This document shows positions 36,412 to 39,971 of a stretch of DNA of 39,971 bases, one piece after another. The stretch lies in the NCBI GenBank assembly GCA_021818465.1, contig JAKAEA010000001.1, positions 1 through 39,971 on the forward strand, read 5' to 3'. Below the pieces are notes generated by a model. The model searched no databases and was not told where the DNA came from. It saw only the letters and a program-made list of their open reading frames with translations. The DNA is from a bacterium. Lineage in GTDB: Bacteria > Patescibacteriota > Minisyncoccia > Phycocordibacterales > JAKAEA01. Position 1 is the first letter of the stretch, and every line of letters begins with the position of its first letter. The translations under genes and the position numbers were made by a program.

Positions 36412-38181
36412 TCACATTCTTTCCGGCGCGGCGATACCCAGAAGCCAGAGGCCGTTGCGGAGAACGGTGCCGATAGCGGCGGCGAGAGCAAGTTTTGCCT
36501 GCGAAGATTCTTTTGCGCTGGGGTCAATAATTTTCTCGGCGGCGTACCAGCGATTAAATTCACCGGCGACAAGGGTGAGATAGGTGGTAACGTACTGCGG
36601 CGCGTAGTCGGCGGCGGCGCGAGCGACAATTTCCGGGAAGCGGTAGAGGAGGTGCGTAAGTGGTGCGGCGTTTTCCGGCAGAGCTCCGACGATTGGTGCG
36701 ATCCCCTGCTCTTTTGCTTTCGCGAGTAGCGCTTGGGTTCGAACAAAAGTGTATTGGAGATATGGTCCGGAATCACCCTCCAACGAGATCGACTGTTCCT
36801 CATCAAAAATAACATCGCGGCCAATAGATTGCTTGAGCACAGCGTACTTAATCGAGGCCACGGCAATTTGATTAGCGATTTTTTCGTCGCGATGCTCCAT
36901 TTTTTCCAACACGCGCGCCGCTAGATCAGTCAGCAGCGCTTCGCCGGTAATAACGTTGCCGGTGCGCGAGCTCATTTTGCCATCGGCGAAGCGCATCATG
37001 CCGTGACCAATGTGGTGGGTACGCTTGGCAATTTCGGGATAAATTTCAGTGAGTGCGGCCAGCACCACTTTGAAATAGTCATTCTGCTCATTAGCGGTAA
37101 TCACTACAGAGCGATCGAAGTCGTGGAGCTCAAATTTTTTCTTAGTAAGACCGAGCTCTTTGGCTTCATAGGTGGGAACTCCGTGCGAAGTGATAAAGAC
37201 ACGATTGTGGAGGCCGCGGGCTTTAGCATCGGGCTTTTTTTCGCCAGGATAAATGATGGCACCATCACTTTTTTCAAAGACGCCGCGAGCGAGCGCTGCC
37301 GCAACAATCTCCTCGCCGAAAGCGGCGATGTCGCTCTCCCAGATTTGGTGATCAAATTTTGAGCCGAGTCGCTGAAAAATTTCGTTGAAATGCTCTATGC
37401 TGGCGCGCTTGCCGAACACGTAGAACTCGTTGGCCGTCGAATCGGCGTGGGTGTAAATTTTATGGTTCAGCTGGATAATTTCCTCTTTAACCGCATCGTT
37501 TTGCTCATATGTTTGGGCGCCGTGCACGTAGGCTTTCCCAACAAAATCAATTTTTTCTGAAAGTGACATCGAGCGCAGCTCGGCGAGCGCTTGGTCGGTC
37601 GACGTGCCAGGAAATTTTTCAGCAGCAAGCTTTTGCATACCCCAAACGGCCATGGCGACGTTCAGCCCGACGTCGGAGCCGTAGGTAGCGCGACGTACTT
37701 CAGCCCCTTCATATTGCGCCAGTCGCGAGAGTGATTCACCAATAGCATTACTCATCAAGTGACCGATGTGGAGCGGTTTAAAAGCGTTCGGGTCAGTATA
37801 TTCGATGATAATTTTTTCCTTGAGAAGTTTAGTATTTTTTCCAAAATCATCGCCCGTTTTCAAAATATCGCTCAGCGAATCAGTAAAGAATTTTTCTGTT
37901 AAAAAGAAGTTGATGAAGCCGGCGCCGGCGGTTTCTACTTTTTTAATCGGCGTGGCGGCATCGTTTTTTAATTCAGCTTCAAGGGCGGCAAGAATTTTTT
38001 TTGCCAGCGCTTGCGGATTTTCACCGAGTTTTTTTGCCAGCACCAGGGCGATATTTGTCGCATAGTCGCCGAATTTCAAATCCGCCGGGTGGTCTAGACT
38101 AATCACGACGTCGTCGTTGGCGATATCGGCGCGTTCGAGTGCCCGTCTGATGAGGGTTGTGAGTGTCTCTTGTATGTGCAT
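36412..38181 (-). CDS. argS: arginyl-tRNA synthetase
   Basis: HIGH is exact (FKPLHIGHLMSNAIG) and the C-terminus ...APERM is typical of ArgRS. I chose the start at 38181 (MHIQETL, compare E. coli MNIQALL). The ORF runs 12 codons further, to 38217, which would overlap dut by 35 nt. Confidence 0.9.
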   Translation of the reverse strand: MHIQETLTTLIRRALERADIANDDVVISLDHPADLKFGDYATNIALVLAKKLGENPQALAKKILAALEAELKNDAATPIKKVETAGAGFINFFLTEKFFTDSLSDILKTGDDFGKNTKLLKEKIIIEYTDPNAFKPLHIGHLMSNAIGESLSRLAQYEGAEVRRATYGSDVGLNVAMAVWGMQKLAAEKFPGTSTDQALAELRSMSLSEKIDFVGKAYVHGAQTYEQNDAVKEEIIQLNHKIYTHADSTANEFYVFGKRASIEHFNEIFQRLGSKFDHQIWESDIAAFGEEIVAAALARGVFEKSDGAIIYPGEKKPDAKARGLHNRVFITSHGVPTYEAKELGLTKKKFELHDFDRSVVITANEQNDYFKVVLAALTEIYPEIAKRTHHIGHGMMRFADGKMSSRTGNVITGEALLTDLAARVLEKMEHRDEKIANQIAVASIKYAVLKQSIGRDVIFDEEQSISLEGDSGPYLQYTFVRTQALLAKAKEQGIAPIVGALPENAAPLTHLLYRFPEIVARAAADYAPQYVTTYLTLVAGEFNRWYAAEKIIDPSAKESSQAKLALAAAIGTVLRNGLWLLGIAAPERM

Positions 38182-38182
38182 A

Positions 38183-38611
38183 TTATTTGCGGCCAGTGCT
38201 ACCGAAGCGGCCTTCACCGCGAGCCGATTCAGACAGCGTATCAGTTTCTTCTATTTTGGCAATTTCCACGGGGAAAAGGACGAGCTGAGCGATCTTGTCG
38301 CCTGGTTCAACAGTGTACGACTGATCGCTGAGGTTCACGAGATGTACGTTGTATTCGCCGCGATAGCCGGCGTCGTAGACGCCACCCATAGTGTGCAAAC
38401 CTGCCTTACTGATACTCCCCTTGTCTTTAACGATGCCTCCATAGCCGTGTGGAAATTCTATGGCCACGCCGATATTAAAAAAATGATGCTCACCCGGCGC
38501 CAACGTTTTTTCTTCCAGTGCATATAAATCTAAACCGACATCACCAGGATGCGCATAGCTCGGCACTTTGGCCTCGGGCTTCAACTTTTTGATTTTGATA
38601 GTGATTGGCAT
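38183..38611 (-). CDS. dut: dUTP diphosphatase
   Basis: 142 aa with AHPGDVGLDLYA, GVYDAGYRGEY, KIAQLVL and RGEGRFGSTG. Confidence 0.93.
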   Translation of the reverse strand: MPITIKIKKLKPEAKVPSYAHPGDVGLDLYALEEKTLAPGEHHFFNIGVAIEFPHGYGGIVKDKGSISKAGLHTMGGVYDAGYRGEYNVHLVNLSDQSYTVEPGDKIAQLVLFPVEIAKIEETDTLSESARGEGRFGSTGRK

Positions 38612-38633
38612 GATGAAATTGTGATTTTAAATT

Positions 38634-39332
38634 TTACACCCGCTTAAGAAACGGGTCGATGATGCTCCAGATACGCTCGTGAATGACCTCGCGCGGTTTA
38701 ACGTCGCCGTCGCCGTCACAATCTATTTTGTGCCAGTTGTTACTTTTTTTGATCATACCGAGCGCGCTGCGGCGTGAGGCGTCCATATGCGCGAGATTGT
38801 CTTCGGCCACATCCACCTTGCGCCCCTTGTTGTAGCGCTTCTTGAATGAGGCCAGCTTGGTGCGCAAAAGTTTTTGACTAAGCTTAATAGGCAGATCGAG
38901 GTACAGAATAAGATCAGGTTTAGGAATTTTGAAAATGCCGTACTCCATTTTGTCCAACCAGTGGAGAAATTCCTTGCGGCCGGCAGCACTTTCAATTTTT
39001 GCGCCTTGATGGATTTGATTAGCGCTCACGTAGCGATCGGCGACAACAATGTAGCCATCAGCCAGCCATTCGCGGATGAGTGGCGCCGATTCAAAACGAT
39101 CAGCAGCATAGAGCACCGAGGCAATATGCGGATCAACTTCGATGAAGTCGCCATACTTCCCTGCGAGGTATTCACCGACCAGTGCACCGAAAAAGTTGCG
39201 GTAGTAGCCGGGAAAATCTATAGTCTTGACCTTCTTCCCTTCTTTCTTGAGCCGCTCTACCAAGAGCGCCGCCTGCGTTGCTTTACCGGTACCGTCTATG
39301 CCATCTATGACGATGAATTTTCCCTGCTTCAT
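38634..39332 (-). CDS. tmk: thymidylate kinase
   Basis: 232 aa with P-loop FIVIDGIDGTGKATQ and DRY-type VADRYVSANQ. The start overlaps the glyA stop by 4 nt. Confidence 0.88.
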   Translation of the reverse strand: MKQGKFIVIDGIDGTGKATQAALLVERLKKEGKKVKTIDFPGYYRNFFGALVGEYLAGKYGDFIEVDPHIASVLYAADRFESAPLIREWLADGYIVVADRYVSANQIHQGAKIESAAGRKEFLHWLDKMEYGIFKIPKPDLILYLDLPIKLSQKLLRTKLASFKKRYNKGRKVDVAEDNLAHMDASRRSALGMIKKSNNWHKIDCDGDGDVKPREVIHERIWSIIDPFLKRV

Positions 39333-39971
39333 GATTTTGGTTTTTTCTTTTTAGCCTTGCGTAAAATTGTATCGATTTTGGCGGCGATTTTCTGCATATC
39401 TTTTTCGCCCCGGCCGCGCGTAGTTTCGGCAGCTGAGCCAAGGCGAATGCCTGACGGATCCGAGGGCGAACGTGTCTCGCCAGGAATAGTGTTTTTATTG
39501 ACAATGATATCAGCTTTTTCAAGCGCCTCACTCGCCTCTTTGCCAGAAAGACCGAGGCCGTTGAGCCACGTGTCCACAAGTACCAAGTGACTATCGGTGC
39601 CGCCGGAAACGATGCGCCAGCCACGCTTAGCAAGTTCTTCGGAAAGCACTTTGGCATTTTTCACTACCTGCTTGGCGTATTTTTTAAAAGCTGGCGAGTC
39701 TGCTTCTTTGAGCGTCACGGCCACAGCGGCAATTTGATTGATATGCGGCCCGCCTTGCAAGCCGGGAAACACCGCTTTATCTATTTTTTTATCAAGTTCG
39801 CGAGCATCTCTATGAGCAAAAATTATAGCCGATCGTGGGCCACGTAAAGTTTTATGAACTGTTGTCGTCACTACATCAGCATATTCAAATGGTGATGGAT
39901 ACGCACCACCAGCTACTAAGCCAGCGAAATGCGACATATCGACCATAAGAATCGGCTTGGGCGAAACCGCG
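39329..39971 (-). CDS. glyA: serine hydroxymethyltransferase, C-terminal part (5' end outside window)
   Basis: LMVDMSHFAGLVAGGAYPSPFEYADVVTTTVHKTLRGPR contains the PLP-lysine motif. The reading frame stays open from 39946 to the window edge. Confidence 0.92.
   Translation of the reverse strand, partial: AVSPKPILMVDMSHFAGLVAGGAYPSPFEYADVVTTTVHKTLRGPRSAIIFAHRDARELDKKIDKAVFPGLQGGPHINQIAAVAVTLKEADSPAFKKYAKQVVKNAKVLSEELAKRGWRIVSGGTDSHLVLVDTWLNGLGLSGKEASEALEKADIIVNKNTIPGETRSPSDPSGIRLGSAAETTRGRGEKDMQKIAAKIDTILRKAKKKKPKS

Noticed and set aside
36412-38217. Longer ArgRS start at 38217 (MKAASVALAANN...) and longer S6 start at 24715 (MHLQAACG...).
   Set aside because: The internal ATGs at 38181 and 24676 give N-termini that match the family pattern: MHIQETL compares with E. 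coli MNIQALL, and MATEQ... precedes the S6 core. The 38181 start also removes a 35-nt overlap with dut. This is not proven.
38874-39590. 238-aa plus-strand ORF antisense to tmk and glyA. Similar long antisense or alternate-frame ORFs occur at 34806-35354, 10990-11376, 16895-17233, 36393-36866, 39283-39657 and 4731-5087.
   Set aside because: Each fully overlaps a gene with strong family motifs. Their translations are low-complexity or Arg/Ser/Pro-rich, with no recognisable domains. These are shadow ORFs.

Overview
This is a gene-dense chromosomal segment, roughly 90% coding or structural RNA. By inference it fits a reduced-genome, CPR/Patescibacteria-like bacterium. The grounds are compact housekeeping genes, Ser/Thr/Asn-rich secreted wall proteins, split rRNA genes, an intron-like insert in 23S and an EUB338-III-type 16S signature. 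The standard genetic code applies, and TGA is used as a stop.

Left third, all on the minus strand: partial 16S rRNA (1-375), secF, secD, a polyprenyl-phosphate sugar transferase, a SEDS (RodA/FtsW) protein, a Cys-motif membrane protein, then 5S and 23S rRNA. The transcriptional order is therefore 23S, 5S, five protein genes, 16S.

Middle: a wHTH protein, rplL, rplJ, a 1082-aa secreted beta-helix/LCAT-like lipase fusion and a 660-aa peptidoglycan-binding surface protein. These are followed by a 557-bp AT-rich non-coding gap and an AT-rich repeat/wHTH protein. A plus-strand block follows: ftsK, a hypothetical gene, recA, efp.

Right half, minus strand: rpsR-ssb-rpsF, tatD, metG, an M16 peptidase, glyQS, a 639-aa surface protein, recO, ileS, a small membrane protein, argS, dut, tmk and partial glyA.

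I saw no transposase, integrase, CRISPR array or tRNA gene.

Most notable findings:
- The ileS ORF carries an in-frame, apparently intact histidine-phosphatase (PGAM-like) domain inserted into the synthetase body.
- 23S has a 318-nt insert exactly at the L2593 group I intron site.
- The rRNA genes are unlinked and in non-canonical order.
- A secreted beta-helix/lipase fusion is a candidate host-lipid harvesting factor.
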